Source: an uncultured Bacteroidales bacterium (GTDB taxonomy: Bacteria > Bacteroidota > Bacteroidia > Bacteroidales > WCHB1-69). Taken from it: a stretch of 64,000 nt of DNA. A model generated the notes under the pieces. It was not told the DNA's origin, made no database searches, and saw only the letters and a program-made list of their open reading frames with translations. The stretch covers positions 1,187 to 65,186 of the forward strand of contig CAMORT010000005.1 in NCBI GenBank assembly GCA_946624065.1, in the 5' to 3' direction. Each line of letters opens with the position of its first letter. Position 1 is the stretch's first letter. The translations under genes were made by a program, and so were the position numbers. Of this stretch, positions 9,396-20,043 are shown in pieces.

Positions 9396-9403
9396 CAAAG
9401 ATA
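9396..9403 (-). promoter_or_regulatory. -7 box TATCTTTG upstream of DPP-IV
   Basis: 22 nt upstream of ATG 9374 on the minus strand. Confidence 0.5.
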
Positions 9404-9434
9404 CAAAAAATAGGGGATAGTGAACAGGACAGGT

Positions 9435-9466
9435 AACAGAAACCGGCAGGCCTTTGGGTCTGCCGG
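9435..9466 (-). terminator. Probable intrinsic terminator after ferritin
   Basis: On the minus strand: CCGGCAGACC-caaa-GGCCTGCCGG (one mismatch) followed by TTTCTGTT. Confidence 0.45.
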
Positions 9467-9542
9467 TATTGGTGGAATTATGAGATTGTGGACAAAATAT
9501 TGCAGGCCGTAGGTCTGCAGGCATTCTCATAGTCAGCAATGA

Positions 9543-10064
9543 TTATTCAGCGTTGGCCAGCGGCGAGGCCTGCGTATAGACGCGGGCGGCCAGTTCTTTG
9601 TCAAGCATGTAAAGACCATAACCGTTGTCCTTGATCATCTTCAAACTGTCGATGAGGGTGCGGGCGTTCTCCTCTTCCTCCACCTGCTCGTCGATGAACC
9701 ATTTCAGCATACTTTGCGTAGCATAATCTTTTTCTTTGGTGGCCAAAGCGTACAGATCGTTGATGAGGGAGGTGACCACTTGCTCGTGTTTGAGGGTGTC
9801 TTCAAACATGGCCAGAGCGCTCTTCCAGTTGGTTTGCACTTTCTCAATGGGCTTCAGCGTGACACGGCCTCCGCGGGAGATGACATATTTGTAGAAAATC
9901 TGGGCGTGGTCCTGTTCTTCCTTGAACTGGATTTCGAACCAGTTGGCCATACCGCCATAACCAAGTTCGTGGCATTGGGCTGCCATGGACAAATAAAGGT
10001 AAGCCGACCACATTTCGGCGTTGATTTGAGCGTTAATTGCTGCTTCAATTTTTTTGTTGAACAT
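9543..10064 (-). CDS. ftn: Non-heme ferritin
   Basis: 173 aa. Motifs INAEMWSAYLYLSMA...EEQDHAQ...LKHEQ match a ferritin-like di-iron four-helix bundle. Confidence 0.85.
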   Translation of the reverse strand: MFNKKIEAAINAQINAEMWSAYLYLSMAAQCHELGYGGMANWFEIQFKEEQDHAQIFYKYVISRGGRVTLKPIEKVQTNWKSALAMFEDTLKHEQVVTSLINDLYALATKEKDYATQSMLKWFIDEQVEEEENARTLIDSLKMIKDNGYGLYMLDKELAARVYTQASPLANAE

Positions 10065-10076
10065 AAGTGATGTTAT

Positions 10077-10691
10077 TTAAAGGTTTGTAAATAAATATGT
10101 TGTGTTTGTTGTTTTTTTGTAACAGAAAAGAATTGGAATGGAAATGGTCAATCCGAGCAACCAACCGCAAAGAATATCAGTGGGATAATGGACGCCCAGA
10201 TAGAGGCGGGTGTAGCAGAACAAGAGTACAAAAAGGAGGAGTGAGGAGGTGAGTATGCATCTTTTTTTGAAAAATGGAGCTAAAAAGAAGCCAAATAATA
10301 TGGATGCCGTGGCACTGTTGGTGGCGTGTGAGGAGACAAATCCGTAAGGACCTCCCCGGTATTCGCTGCCGTTGGCGTATTGGTGGCAATAAATCCGGTT
10401 TTGAATCTCCACATTGTGTGTCGGACGGGGCCTTTTCACCGTCGGTTTGATGATATGTGAGGAAATCTGGTCGGCGAGACCGACAGATAAAACTATGATT
10501 ACCAATATTTTCCATCCTGTTTTTCCATAAAAATGAAAAATAAGGAACACTAACGCGGCAATCAGTCCCAACCATGTGAAAATATTGGTCAGCGACCACA
10601 TAATCCCGTCCAGCACCGGCGTGTGTGCCCCATTGATGAGGAGCAGCAACGCGCGGTCGGCAGTTTCGATAGGGGGCGGGAAAGCGGTCAT
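10077..10691 (-). CDS. PAP2-family membrane phosphatase
   Basis: PAP2 motifs KPTVKRPRP, SFVSSHATN and YLGVHYPTD. Multiple TM helices. Start at ATG 10691, downstream of a TAACTTTG box. Confidence 0.75.
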   Translation of the reverse strand: MTAFPPPIETADRALLLLINGAHTPVLDGIMWSLTNIFTWLGLIAALVFLIFHFYGKTGWKILVIIVLSVGLADQISSHIIKPTVKRPRPTHNVEIQNRIYCHQYANGSEYRGGPYGFVSSHATNSATASILFGFFLAPFFKKRCILTSSLLLFVLLFCYTRLYLGVHYPTDILCGWLLGLTISIPILFCYKKTTNTTYLFTNL

Positions 10692-10834
10692 AGCAAAAAT
10701 TTTCAAAACAATTTGCAAAGTTACAAAATAATTTGGTCTGTGAGGAAAAAATAGCTCACTCAAATAGCGCAGATTAGCGAAGATGTGTTTTTAATATTGT
10801 AACGAAGAGTACCCAATATTTCAAAATTTTTCTG

Positions 10835-10842
10835 TAAGTTTG
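10835..10842 (+). promoter_or_regulatory. -7 box TAAGTTTG upstream of gcvP
   Basis: 51 nt upstream of ATG 10893. Confidence 0.45.
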
Positions 10843-10892
10843 CGACCGATTTTATTTCCGAATATTTTATTCACAACTAATTTATAATCAAC

Positions 10893-13751
10893 ATGATAAT
10901 TAAAGACAACTTTGTTAACCGGCACAATGGGCCGAGCGAAGCGGAGCAGCAGAAGATGCTGGCCGTTATCGGAGTGAAATCCATGGACGAACTCATTGAG
11001 AAAACCGTGCCCAACGCCATCCGCCTTCCGAAACCCCTGGATCTGCCGGAAGGCATGACCGAAGGGGAATACCTCAACCACATTCACGGTTTGATGGCCA
11101 AGAACAAGATTTACCGCTCTTATATCGGTATGGGTCACTACAACACCTACACTCCGGCGGTGATTCTGCGCAACATTTTTGAGAATCCGGGCTGGTACAC
11201 TTCCTACACCCCGTACCAAGCTGAAATTTCACAAGGCCGTATTGAGGCATTGCTGAATTACCAGACCATGATTAGCGACCTGACGGGCATGCCGCTGGCC
11301 AACGCTTCCATGCTGGACGACGCTACCGCCGCCGGTGAGATGATGCTGATGTTCTTCCGCAGCCGCAGCCGCGAGCAACAGAAAAACAATGTGGTGAAAT
11401 ACTTCGTCGCTGAGGGCGTGTTCCCGCACTCCATTGGGGTGATGAAGACCAACGCCGCGCCGCACGGCATCGAACTCGTCATCGGCAAACCTGACCAAGT
11501 GGAGCTTGACGAGACTTTCTTTGGCGCCATGATCCAGTACCCGAACTATTGGGGTGGTATCTATGATTACCGTGCTTGGGTGGAGAAAGCGCACGCCAAG
11601 AACATCTTCGTGGGCGTGGCCACCGACCTGCTGGCTCTGACCCTGCTCACGCCTCCGGGCGAGTGGGGTGCTGACTGCGTGATGGGTTCCACCCAGCGTT
11701 TTGGCATTCCGATGGGATATGGTAGCCCTGCCGCCGGCTTCTACGCTTGCCGTGAGGAGTTCCTGCGCCAGATGCCAGGCCGTATCATCGGTGTAACCGT
11801 TGACGCTCAAGGCAACCGCGCCGTGCGTATGGCTCTGCAAACCCGTGAGCAGCACATCAAACGCGAGCGCGCCACTTCCAATATCTGTACCGCCAGCGCC
11901 CTCACCGCCATCATGGCCGGTTTCTACGGCATGTGGCACGGTCCTGAGGGACTGAAGAACAAAGCTGTGAAAATCAATGTTTTGTCCGGCGTTTTGGCTA
12001 AGGAAGCCGAAAAATACGGATACAAACAGTATAACGAGCACTATTTCGACACGCTCTGCCTCGAGACACCCGAAGGCACGACTTGTGAGGATGTGAAGAA
12101 AGCGGCTCTGGCAAAAGAGATTAACCTCTGCTACCATTGCGAGCGTTGCTTCACCATTTCCTTGGATGAAACTGTCACCCATGACGATGTCAATGACATT
12201 CTCGAAGCGCTGGCTACTGCTGCCAAGAAACCGTTCACCCCGCATGTGTGCGACGGTTCCTGCGGTATTCCCGATCTGCATATTCCTGCCGAACTGACTC
12301 GTAAGAGTGCCTTCATGCAGCACAAGATTTTCAACCAGTATCATTCCGAAACGGAAATGATGCGCTATATGAAGATGCTGGAAGTGAAGGATTTGTCGCT
12401 CAACCGCGCCATGATTCCGCTTGGTTCCTGCACCATGAAGCTGAATGCCGCTGCCGAAATGTTGCCACTGAGTTGGGCCGAGACTTGCAACATCCATCCT
12501 TATGCTCCCGCCGACCAAGCTGAAGGTTATCGCGAGATGCTGGACGAAGTGTGCAACTGGTTGGCCAAGATTACCGGTTTCGCAGCCATCTCATTGCAAC
12601 CCAACTCCGGTGCTGCTGGCGAGTATGCCGGTATGACCGTGATTCGCAACTATCACCTAAGCCGTGGCGAGGGTCACCGCAACATCTGCTTGATTCCTTC
12701 CTCCGCGCACGGTACCAACCCCGCATCTTCCGCCAAGGCTGGCAACAAGATTGTGGTGGTGAAGGCAACCGAGCAGGGCGAAGTTGATATTGAGGATTTG
12801 CGCGCCAAAGCCGAACAATACAAGGACAACCTTTCCTGTTTGATGATTACCTATCCTTCCACACACGGTGTGTTTGAAGAGGGCATTCTTGAGATTATCA
12901 AGATTATCCACGAAAATGGTGGTTTGGTTTATATGGATGGTGCCAACATGAACGCCCAGGTGGGTTTGACCTCTCCTGGCACGATGGGCGCCGATGTTTG
13001 TCACCTCAACCTGCACAAGACATTTGCCATGCCTCACGGCGGTGGCGGTCCTGGTGTGGGCCCGATTGGTGTGTGCGAGAAACTCGTCCCGTTCCTGCCC
13101 AACCACGCGACCGTGAAGGTCGGTGGCGAGAACGGCAGCCAAGTGGCTACGGCTCCTTACGGCAGCGCTTACTTGATTCCGATCACCTATGGTTACCTCA
13201 AGATGCTGGGCGGCACTGGTTTGACAGAAGTTACCAAGAACGCCATCCTGAATGCCAACTACATGCGTGCCCGTTTGGAGAAGGATTACAAGATCCTCTA
13301 CACGGGTAAAAACGGCATGTGCGCACATGAGATGATTCTTGACTGCAACGAGTTTGACCGTCACGCAGGCGTGCAAGTGGGTGACATCGCCAAACGATTG
13401 ATGGACTACGGTTTCCACGCTCCCACAGTGGCCTTCCCGGTGCACGGCACCTTGATGGTGGAACCCACCGAGAGCGAACCGCTGAGCGAGCTCGACCGTT
13501 TCTGCGACGCGATGATCGCCATCCGTCAGGAAATCCGCGATATTGAGGAGGGCAAGTACGAGCGCGACAACAACCTCATCAAGAATGCGCCGCACACCAT
13601 GAATGTGGTTTGCGCCGATACTTGGGATCGCCCGTACACGCGTCAGCAAGCCGCCTTCCCGCTGGCCCATACCGAAAAGTACTGGCCTACTGTGGGTAAG
13701 ATTGACGACGCTTACGGCGACCGCAATCTGGTTTGCAAATTGGATGCGTAA
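10893..13751 (+). CDS. gcvP: Glycine dehydrogenase (decarboxylating), glycine cleavage system P protein
   Basis: 952 aa single-chain P protein. N-terminus FVNRHNGPSE, then YTPYQAEISQGRIEALLNYQTMI, and the PLP region NLHKTFAMPHGGGGPG. Confidence 0.95.
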   Translation: MIIKDNFVNRHNGPSEAEQQKMLAVIGVKSMDELIEKTVPNAIRLPKPLDLPEGMTEGEYLNHIHGLMAKNKIYRSYIGMGHYNTYTPAVILRNIFENPGWYTSYTPYQAEISQGRIEALLNYQTMISDLTGMPLANASMLDDATAAGEMMLMFFRSRSREQQKNNVVKYFVAEGVFPHSIGVMKTNAAPHGIELVIGKPDQVELDETFFGAMIQYPNYWGGIYDYRAWVEKAHAKNIFVGVATDLLALTLLTPPGEWGADCVMGSTQRFGIPMGYGSPAAGFYACREEFLRQMPGRIIGVTVDAQGNRAVRMALQTREQHIKRERATSNICTASALTAIMAGFYGMWHGPEGLKNKAVKINVLSGVLAKEAEKYGYKQYNEHYFDTLCLETPEGTTCEDVKKAALAKEINLCYHCERCFTISLDETVTHDDVNDILEALATAAKKPFTPHVCDGSCGIPDLHIPAELTRKSAFMQHKIFNQYHSETEMMRYMKMLEVKDLSLNRAMIPLGSCTMKLNAAAEMLPLSWAETCNIHPYAPADQAEGYREMLDEVCNWLAKITGFAAISLQPNSGAAGEYAGMTVIRNYHLSRGEGHRNICLIPSSAHGTNPASSAKAGNKIVVVKATEQGEVDIEDLRAKAEQYKDNLSCLMITYPSTHGVFEEGILEIIKIIHENGGLVYMDGANMNAQVGLTSPGTMGADVCHLNLHKTFAMPHGGGGPGVGPIGVCEKLVPFLPNHATVKVGGENGSQVATAPYGSAYLIPITYGYLKMLGGTGLTEVTKNAILNANYMRARLEKDYKILYTGKNGMCAHEMILDCNEFDRHAGVQVGDIAKRLMDYGFHAPTVAFPVHGTLMVEPTESEPLSELDRFCDAMIAIRQEIRDIEEGKYERDNNLIKNAPHTMNVVCADTWDRPYTRQQAAFPLAHTEKYWPTVGKIDDAYGDRNLVCKLDA

Positions 13752-13773
13752 TCCAGAGCATCGAATAGCAAAA

Positions 13774-13810
13774 AGAGGATGACCCATTGGGTCATCCTCT
13801 TTCTTTTTTC
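13774..13810. terminator. Terminator hairpin between the convergent gcvP and MFS transporter genes
   Basis: AGAGGATGACCC-att-GGGTCATCCTCT (12 bp) followed by TTCTTTTTTC on the plus strand, with AAAA immediately upstream. Confidence 0.8.
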
Positions 13811-13901
13811 CCCCCGCGTGTAGCACACCATTCAGCGAGACGCGTCAGCGTTGAGCGGAATCTACAACATAACCGGATCTTTTTCTATATCATTGCCAAA
13901 A

Positions 13902-15212
13902 TTATTCTTGAGGTTGGTTTTGTTTTTCGTCTTCTTTTTTGTATTTGAAAGCAAAGATAAAGGTGACGGCAACAATGAAGGCATAGAGTGCGAAAATGCC
14001 CCAAACGGCTGTCCAATTACCTGTCAGGAAATGCCGCATGCCGTTTTCGGTCATGACAGGTTCCCAGGAACAGAACTGGTTGACCACGGCTTGCGCGGCC
14101 AGTGTTCCGATAGTAGCGCCGATGCCGTTGGTCATCAGCATAAACAGACCTTGGGCGGAGGAACGGATGGAGATGTCGGTCTCTTTATCCACAAACAGCG
14201 AACCGCTGATGTTGAAGAAGTCGAAGGCCACGCCATAGACGATCATGGAAAGTATGAACAACCATACGCCGCTGCCAGGATTTCCCACTCCGAACAGACC
14301 GAAACGCAAAACCCATGCGAACATGGCAATCAGCATCACACGCTTGATACCGAATCTCTTAAGGCAGAAAGGAATAAGCAGAATGCACAGTGTTTCAGAT
14401 ATTTGAGACAAAGATACCAGCATATTGGCATGCTTCACACCGAAGGTGCTGGCATATTCGGGATTAGCGCCGAAACTGGAAATGAACGGGTTTGCAAAAC
14501 CGTTGGTGATTTGCAGGGAAACACCCAAAAGCATGGAGAAAATGAAGAAGATGGCCATTTTTTTCTCTTTGAAAAGGGAGAATGCCTTGAGTCCGAGTGC
14601 TTCGGCCATGGATTTGTGTTCTGCGCTTTTGACGATAGGACAGTTGGGCAGTGTGAAGGCATAGGAGGCCAACACCAAACCAATGCAGCCGCTGAAGAGG
14701 AATTGTCGGGCGCTTTCCTGAAGTCCCAGCAGGTCAACAGCCCACATGGAGATGATGAAACCGATAGTGCCGAACACGCGAATCGGCGGGAACGCTTTCA
14801 CGGTGTCCAATCCGGCTTTGTCCAAAGCGTTATATGCCACGGCGTTTGATAAGGCCAAGGTGGGCATATAGAATGCCACGCCAAGAGTATAAAGGGCAAA
14901 GAGCGGACCGAATTGCACATTCATTCCTGCGGATATGCCGTAAATGCCGGCGCATATCATGGCGGCACCGGAGATGCCGTGACTGATGCCTAACATTTTT
15001 TGTGCGGGAATCCAACGGTCAGCTACAATACCGAGCAATGCCGGCATGAAGATGGAAACAATGCCCTGAATGGAATAAAACAAGCCGATGTGTTTTCCCA
15101 GACCATGAGGACCCAGATAACGTCCCATGCAGGTAAGATAAGCCCCCCAGATGGCAAACTGGAGGAGGTTCATCGTAATTAGTTGAATTTTAAGTACTTT
15201 GTTGCTTTTCAT
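13902..15212 (-). CDS. MFS transporter, nucleoside:H+ symporter-like
   Basis: 436 aa with about 12 hydrophobic helices. N-terminus LITMNLLQFAIWGAYLTCMGRYL resembles the NupG/XapB-type family (recalled from memory, not searched). Confidence 0.6.
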   Translation of the reverse strand: MKSNKVLKIQLITMNLLQFAIWGAYLTCMGRYLGPHGLGKHIGLFYSIQGIVSIFMPALLGIVADRWIPAQKMLGISHGISGAAMICAGIYGISAGMNVQFGPLFALYTLGVAFYMPTLALSNAVAYNALDKAGLDTVKAFPPIRVFGTIGFIISMWAVDLLGLQESARQFLFSGCIGLVLASYAFTLPNCPIVKSAEHKSMAEALGLKAFSLFKEKKMAIFFIFSMLLGVSLQITNGFANPFISSFGANPEYASTFGVKHANMLVSLSQISETLCILLIPFCLKRFGIKRVMLIAMFAWVLRFGLFGVGNPGSGVWLFILSMIVYGVAFDFFNISGSLFVDKETDISIRSSAQGLFMLMTNGIGATIGTLAAQAVVNQFCSWEPVMTENGMRHFLTGNWTAVWGIFALYAFIVAVTFIFAFKYKKEDEKQNQPQE

Positions 15213-15217
15213 ATTCG

Positions 15218-15829
15218 TTATTTTACATTAAATTCAAACATTTTCTCATCTTCCAGGAAACCTTCCAGATGATCATTGATATGCACGGGGCCCACCCCAA
15301 CAGGCGTGCCTGTGAAGATGATGTCGCCCGTGCGTAAGGTGATGAATTTGGACACATACGCGATAATCTGGTCAATGGTGAAAAGCATATCCTTGCTATT
15401 GCCTTCCTGCACTTTTTCGCCATTCAGTAGCAGATGGAAGTTCAGGTTCTGCACATCGGGAAGTTGGCTTTTGGGCAGGAATTTCCCTACTACGGCAGAA
15501 CCGTCAAACGCTTTGGCAATCTCCCAAGGGTTCCCATGGTCGATGCAACGCTTTTGAATGTCTCTTGCGGTGAAATCCACACCTAATCCGATTTCCTCAT
15601 AGTAGAGATGAGCGAATTTTTCAGCAATACATTTGCCTAATCGGTTGATTTTCACGATTATCTCGGTTTCATAATCCACTCGTTCCGAAAAGTCGGGCAG
15701 GAAAAACGGACGGTTGCATCGGGTGATGGCGCTGTCGGGTTTCAGGAAAAAAACAGGTTCTTTGGGAGTCTCATGCTGCAACTCCTGAATGTGTTTTGCG
15801 TAGTTTCTTCCGATACAGATAAATTTCAT
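15218..15829 (-). CDS. Fumarylacetoacetate hydrolase (FAH) family protein
   Basis: Motifs ICIGRNYAKHIQEL, DYETEI and LRTGDIIFTGTPVGVGPV. About 200 aa single FAH domain. Confidence 0.8.
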   Translation of the reverse strand: MKFICIGRNYAKHIQELQHETPKEPVFFLKPDSAITRCNRPFFLPDFSERVDYETEIIVKINRLGKCIAEKFAHLYYEEIGLGVDFTARDIQKRCIDHGNPWEIAKAFDGSAVVGKFLPKSQLPDVQNLNFHLLLNGEKVQEGNSKDMLFTIDQIIAYVSKFITLRTGDIIFTGTPVGVGPVHINDHLEGFLEDEKMFEFNVK

Positions 15830-15831
15830 GT

Positions 15832-16644
15832 TTAGAAGAAGTTGATGTTAAACACCAGTTCAAGATATCCGAGTTTGGCGATTTGGTCCTCGTGTGTGAA
15901 ATTGTTTTGCGCATTTCCCCTGCCTTTGAAATAATTGGTGAGTGAGTGCGCATAATTGACGGTGACTCCGGCCCGGCAGTTTTTGGTGATGGAGTACTCA
16001 AATCCTAATCCGGCGTATGCGGATTCCTTAAACAGAGCGGTTTCCGAGGAGGGTGTGCTCTGCTTGGTCCAGTACTCAGGTTCGCCTGTCTGCCAATTGG
16101 AGAAGGTGTAGGTGTCGCTGTTGGAGGCGCGCAGCAAGATACTATTGTATAAACCGAAATTTCCCACGACAAAGAAGTTGCGCAAGGATTTGGATTTCAA
16201 AGTGATGCCCAGCGGAATGGTCAGGTAGTGCGCTTTGTAATGGCGGTCAATGCCTGTGGTGGTCACCGTGAAGCTGTCAATCGGGATTGGGAAGGCGATG
16301 TTGTCGATGAACTTCATCTTGCCGCCAAGCCGCTCAATCATGAAACCGGTGGAAACATAGTAGTTTTTCCGCAGGGTCAGGTTGACATTGATGTTCAAAC
16401 CATACCGCATGCCAAAGGAACTGCCGCTCCGCTCGAAACCGGTGGTTGAGGGAAACATCCAGTCAATGGTAGGGGCAAAGGATAATCCGAAATTGAGTTT
16501 GTGCCCAAGTCCGTCATCTTTGATGACCACTGGTTTTTGAAGATTGCGTTTGCCTTTTGGGGTATCAACTGTCGATGGCTCTTGGGCTAAGACAACCGTA
16601 AAGGATATCAGGATTAATCCAAGCAGGATGAAAATCTTTTTCAT
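15832..16644 (-). CDS. Outer-membrane beta-barrel protein (PorT/OmpA-like small barrel)
   Basis: Signal peptide, alternating-hydrophobic strands, and a terminal aromatic residue (...LVFNINFF). Confidence 0.55.
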   Translation of the reverse strand: MKKIFILLGLILISFTVVLAQEPSTVDTPKGKRNLQKPVVIKDDGLGHKLNFGLSFAPTIDWMFPSTTGFERSGSSFGMRYGLNINVNLTLRKNYYVSTGFMIERLGGKMKFIDNIAFPIPIDSFTVTTTGIDRHYKAHYLTIPLGITLKSKSLRNFFVVGNFGLYNSILLRASNSDTYTFSNWQTGEPEYWTKQSTPSSETALFKESAYAGLGFEYSITKNCRAGVTVNYAHSLTNYFKGRGNAQNNFTHEDQIAKLGYLELVFNINFF

Positions 16645-16656
16645 AATATGTTGATT

Positions 16657-17682
16657 TTAAAAGAGTTCTTGTTGTGGCGAAGCGAATTTGCTTTTGCCGA
16701 GATGTTCGTATGCCAGAGGGGTGGCCTCGCGCCCGCGCGGGGTGCGCATAAGGTATCCCTCTTGGATTAAGAACGGTTCATATACCTCTTCTATTGTGCC
16801 GGCGTCTTCACTTACGGCTGTTGCCACTGTGCTCAACCCCACCGGACCGCCCTTGAACTTGTCGATGATGGTGCTCAGAATGCGGTTGTCCATCTCGTCC
16901 AAACCATGCTTGTCCACATTGAGTGCCGACAAGGCCACTTGTGTGATGGGCAGGGTGATAGTGCCGTCGCCCTTGATTTGCGCGAAGTCACGCACGCGCC
17001 GCAGGAGCAGGTTTGCGATACGGGGCGTGCCGCGGCTGCGGCCTGCGATTTCCAACGCGGCCTCATCGTGAATCGGGATGTCCAGAATGGATGCGGAACG
17101 CTGTATGATATGGCAAAGCGTTTCAGCATCGTAATATTGCAGGCGCAAGTTGATGCCGAAACGGGAGCGCAATGGGGCAGTGAGCAATCCAGACCGCGTG
17201 GTGGCACCCACCAGCGTGAACGGGTTCAGCGAGATCTGCACACTGCGGGCACTTGGACCGCTATCGATCATAATATCAATCTTATAGTCCTCCATGGCGG
17301 AGTAAAGGTACTCTTCCACCACGGGTGACAAACGATGTATTTCATCAATGAAAAGCACATCGTGGGGTTCCAGATTGGTGAGCAGACCGGCCAAGTCACC
17401 GGGCTTGTCGATGACGGGACCGGAGGTGCAGCGCACATTCACGCCCATTTCGTTGCCAATGATGTGTGAAAGAGTGGTTTTCCCTAATCCTGGAGGTCCG
17501 TGCAGCAGAACATGGTCCAGCGCCTCGCCACGCGCTTTGGCCGCGTGCACAAACACCATGATGTTCTCAATCACCTGCTTCTGGCCCTGGAAGTCTTGGA
17601 AAACGGCAGGGCGGATGGCTCTTTCGAACTCCTTGTCGGCTGACGACAACCGGGTGGCGGACGGATCTAAATTTTCGTTCAT
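16657..17682 (-). CDS. ruvB: Holliday junction branch migration DNA helicase RuvB
   Basis: Motifs [40 protein letters not shown] and [19 protein letters not shown]. Confidence 0.95.
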   Translation of the reverse strand: MNENLDPSATRLSSADKEFERAIRPAVFQDFQGQKQVIENIMVFVHAAKARGEALDHVLLHGPPGLGKTTLSHIIGNEMGVNVRCTSGPVIDKPGDLAGLLTNLEPHDVLFIDEIHRLSPVVEEYLYSAMEDYKIDIMIDSGPSARSVQISLNPFTLVGATTRSGLLTAPLRSRFGINLRLQYYDAETLCHIIQRSASILDIPIHDEAALEIAGRSRGTPRIANLLLRRVRDFAQIKGDGTITLPITQVALSALNVDKHGLDEMDNRILSTIIDKFKGGPVGLSTVATAVSEDAGTIEEVYEPFLIQEGYLMRTPRGREATPLAYEHLGKSKFASPQQELF

Positions 17683-17684
17683 CG

Positions 17685-18689
17685 TTATTTGCTTTGCAGT
17701 TTGTCCAACCGGTTCAGACCTAAGATGGCTGGTTCAAAGTTGGTTTGTAGTTTCAGCGCCTTTTCGTAATCCTTGCGTGCCTTGTCGTATTGTCCCAAAT
17801 ATTCGTACGCCACGCCACGGTTGCACACGGAATACACAAAATCCGGATTTTCTTTGATTGCCTTTGTGAACAATTTGACGGCATCTTCATATTTGTTGAA
17901 TGGCTCATCCAAATACATGTAACCCAGATTGTTAAGAGAGGGAATGTGCTTTTCATCCAGCTGGATGGCGGTTTTGTATTCCTGCTCTGCCTCTTGGTAT
18001 TGCTCCAGATCCTGGTACAGTTTTCCCAAGTTGTAATGGATTTCCACATTGTTGGGATCCACATTCAATGCGTTTTGGTAATAGGAGGCGGCAAGGGGAT
18101 TCAAACTCTTCTGATAGAAATAACCCAGTTCCAGATAGGCCTTCACCTCTTTGGGATCTTGGTCTATAACCAATTGTAACATACGCAGATAAGCGGTAGT
18201 GTCCTGCATGTCCTTGTACATGAACGCTTTTATCAGGTATGCCTTAGGGTTGTATTTCTGTTGTTTGATGGCCTCATCCAGCGTCTCATTGCATTGCGTG
18301 AGCAGGTTCTCATGATAGAAAAGTTCTGCCAGTTTCAATCGGGCCTCATTGTTCTTCGGGTCTTTCTGAATGGCCTTTTCCAGCATTTCCTCTGCCAAGT
18401 CGGTTTCCACTTGTGCAAAATACAAGTCTGACAACATAATATAATATTTGCTGCTGTCGGGTTGCAGTTTGACAGCGGTCTGCATGTCAGCTATGCCTTT
18501 GTCCACATCTTTGTGCATGTAGTAATAGTTGGCGCGCTGGTAGTACAGTTCCGAGTTTTTGGGATGTTTGTCGATACTCTTGCACAAAGCGGCCAGCTCT
18601 TCCGGCAGGTCTGCGTATTTCTTGTTGTTATGACAGCCGCAAAGAGTGACGAGCGCGCACAACAGCAAGAGGACGATACGGTTTTTCAT
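17685..18689 (-). CDS. TPR-repeat lipoprotein
   Basis: Lipobox LVTLCGC followed by about 8 tandem TPR-like 34-aa units (YY..A..Y.....Y..A......A..L.P). Confidence 0.8.
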   Translation of the reverse strand: MKNRIVLLLLCALVTLCGCHNNKKYADLPEELAALCKSIDKHPKNSELYYQRANYYYMHKDVDKGIADMQTAVKLQPDSSKYYIMLSDLYFAQVETDLAEEMLEKAIQKDPKNNEARLKLAELFYHENLLTQCNETLDEAIKQQKYNPKAYLIKAFMYKDMQDTTAYLRMLQLVIDQDPKEVKAYLELGYFYQKSLNPLAASYYQNALNVDPNNVEIHYNLGKLYQDLEQYQEAEQEYKTAIQLDEKHIPSLNNLGYMYLDEPFNKYEDAVKLFTKAIKENPDFVYSVCNRGVAYEYLGQYDKARKDYEKALKLQTNFEPAILGLNRLDKLQSK

Positions 18690-18695
18690 AGGATA

Positions 18696-19718
18696 CTATT
18701 GTTGGTTGTTTTTGATTGCCTCACGAATCTTGGCTTCCAGTTCGTCGCAGAGTTCCGGATTGTCGGCCAGCAGTTGTTTCACACCCTCGCGGCCTTGCGC
18801 CAACTTGGTGTCGCCGTAGGAGAACCAGGAACCGGCTTTCTTGATGATGCCGTACTCCACGCCGAGGTCGATAATCTCGCCGCGCTTGGAGATGCCTTCG
18901 CCGAACATGATGTCAAATTCGGCTGTGCGGAATGGGGGCGCCACTTTGTTCTTGACGATTTTCACCTTCACATGGTTGCCGATAGAGGTGTCGCCATCCT
19001 TGATCTGGGCTTGGCGGCGGATATCCAAACGAACTGACGCATAGAATTTTAAGGCGTTACCACCCGTGGTGGTTTCCGGATTTCCGAACAAAATGCCGAT
19101 CTTCTCGCGCAACTGGTTGATGAAAATGCAGCAGCAACCCGTCTTGTTGATGGTGGCGGTGAGTTTGCGCAGGGCCTGCGACATCAAACGCGCCTGCAAT
19201 CCCATCTTGGAGTCGCCCATGTCACCCTCAATTTCGCTTTTCGGCGTAAGGGCGGCCACAGAGTCAATGACAATGATGTCGATGGCGCCCGAGCGGATGA
19301 GGTTGTCGGCGATTTCCAGGGCTTGTTCCCCGTTGTCGGGTTGCGAAATCAGCAAGTCGGAGGTGTTCACACCCAGTTTCTCAGCATAGAAACGGTCGAA
19401 GGCGTGCTCCGCATCGATGAAGGCGGCAATGCCACCGTTTTTCTGCGCTTCAGCAATGGCGTGGATGGCCAAAGTTGTCTTACCGGATGATTCCGGTCCG
19501 TAAATTTCGATGATACGGCCCTTCGGGAGACCGCCCACACCCAGTGCGGCGTCCAGTCCGATGGAACCGGTGGAGATAACGTCCATATCTTCAACTTTGG
19601 TGTCGCCCATGCGCATGATGGAGCCCTTGCCAAACTGTTTTTCCAGTTTTTCCAGCGTCGAATTCAGCACTTTCAACTTTTCGGCATTCACGCTGCTTTG
19701 TAATTCTTCTTTTTCCAT
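18696..19718 (-). CDS. recA: Recombinase RecA
   Basis: Motifs [35 protein letters not shown] and [10 protein letters not shown]. Confidence 0.97.
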   Translation of the reverse strand: MEKEELQSSVNAEKLKVLNSTLEKLEKQFGKGSIMRMGDTKVEDMDVISTGSIGLDAALGVGGLPKGRIIEIYGPESSGKTTLAIHAIAEAQKNGGIAAFIDAEHAFDRFYAEKLGVNTSDLLISQPDNGEQALEIADNLIRSGAIDIIVIDSVAALTPKSEIEGDMGDSKMGLQARLMSQALRKLTATINKTGCCCIFINQLREKIGILFGNPETTTGGNALKFYASVRLDIRRQAQIKDGDTSIGNHVKVKIVKNKVAPPFRTAEFDIMFGEGISKRGEIIDLGVEYGIIKKAGSWFSYGDTKLAQGREGVKQLLADNPELCDELEAKIREAIKNNQQ

Positions 19719-19748
19719 AGGTTAATGTTTTTTTGAGTTAATAGAGCG

Positions 19749-19756
19749 CAAAGATA
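19749..19756 (-). promoter_or_regulatory. -7 box TATCTTTG upstream of recA
   Basis: 31 nt upstream of ATG 19718 on the minus strand. Confidence 0.5.
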
Positions 19757-19953
19757 CGATTTTTTACCATACGAAAAAGATGTGTTTTTTAACAAACAGT
19801 TCTTAAAATGAAAATTGCAAATAATTGATTATCAGATATTAAAATCTTTTTTAAGAGATGATTGTTAAATGAAAAATGGAAGAAATTTGACCAAAACACC
19901 TGTATGAGCACGGAATTTGTTTTTTTCGCATTTTTGCAACCCATAATCTCTTT

Positions 19954-20043
19954 CACCTCTTGTACCTCTTCTACCTTCTGCACCCCTTTCACCTCCTGCA
20001 CCTATTGCACCTCTTTTACCCATTTCACCCCATTCACCCTTAT
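19954..20043. repeat. Degenerate nonamer array (10 x YACC+5 nt) running into the trmO start codon
   Basis: cacctcttg tacctcttc taccttctg caccccttt cacctcctg cacctattg cacctcttt tacccattt caccccatt cacccttat. Confidence 0.8.

Noticed and set aside
9442-9520. Similar-looking GGCAG(A/G)CC...GGTCTGCC hairpins at 9443-9466, 9503-9523 and 62122-62142, considered as a repeated element family.
   Set aside because: The similarity is limited to a GC-rich 8-mer stem. The flanks are unrelated, and the hairpins are adequately explained as independent terminators.
10843-10892. Looked for a glycine riboswitch upstream of gcvP.
   Set aside because: Only about 50 nt separate the promoter box from the ATG. 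This is too short for the tandem or single glycine aptamer, and no conserved aptamer core was seen.
11229-13826. Two very long minus-strand ORFs (11229-12518, 429 aa; 12657-13826, 389 aa) opposite gcvP.
   Set aside because: They are antisense to an unmistakable, full-length gcvP. Their products are low-complexity and rich in R/G/A/H/V with no motifs. This is a typical mirror-ORF artefact of GC-rich codon usage.
13851-14849. 332-aa plus-strand ORF overlapping the MFS transporter gene.
   Set aside because: The minus-strand frame gives 12 coherent TM helices and a transporter-like N-terminus. The plus-strand product is a charged low-complexity string.
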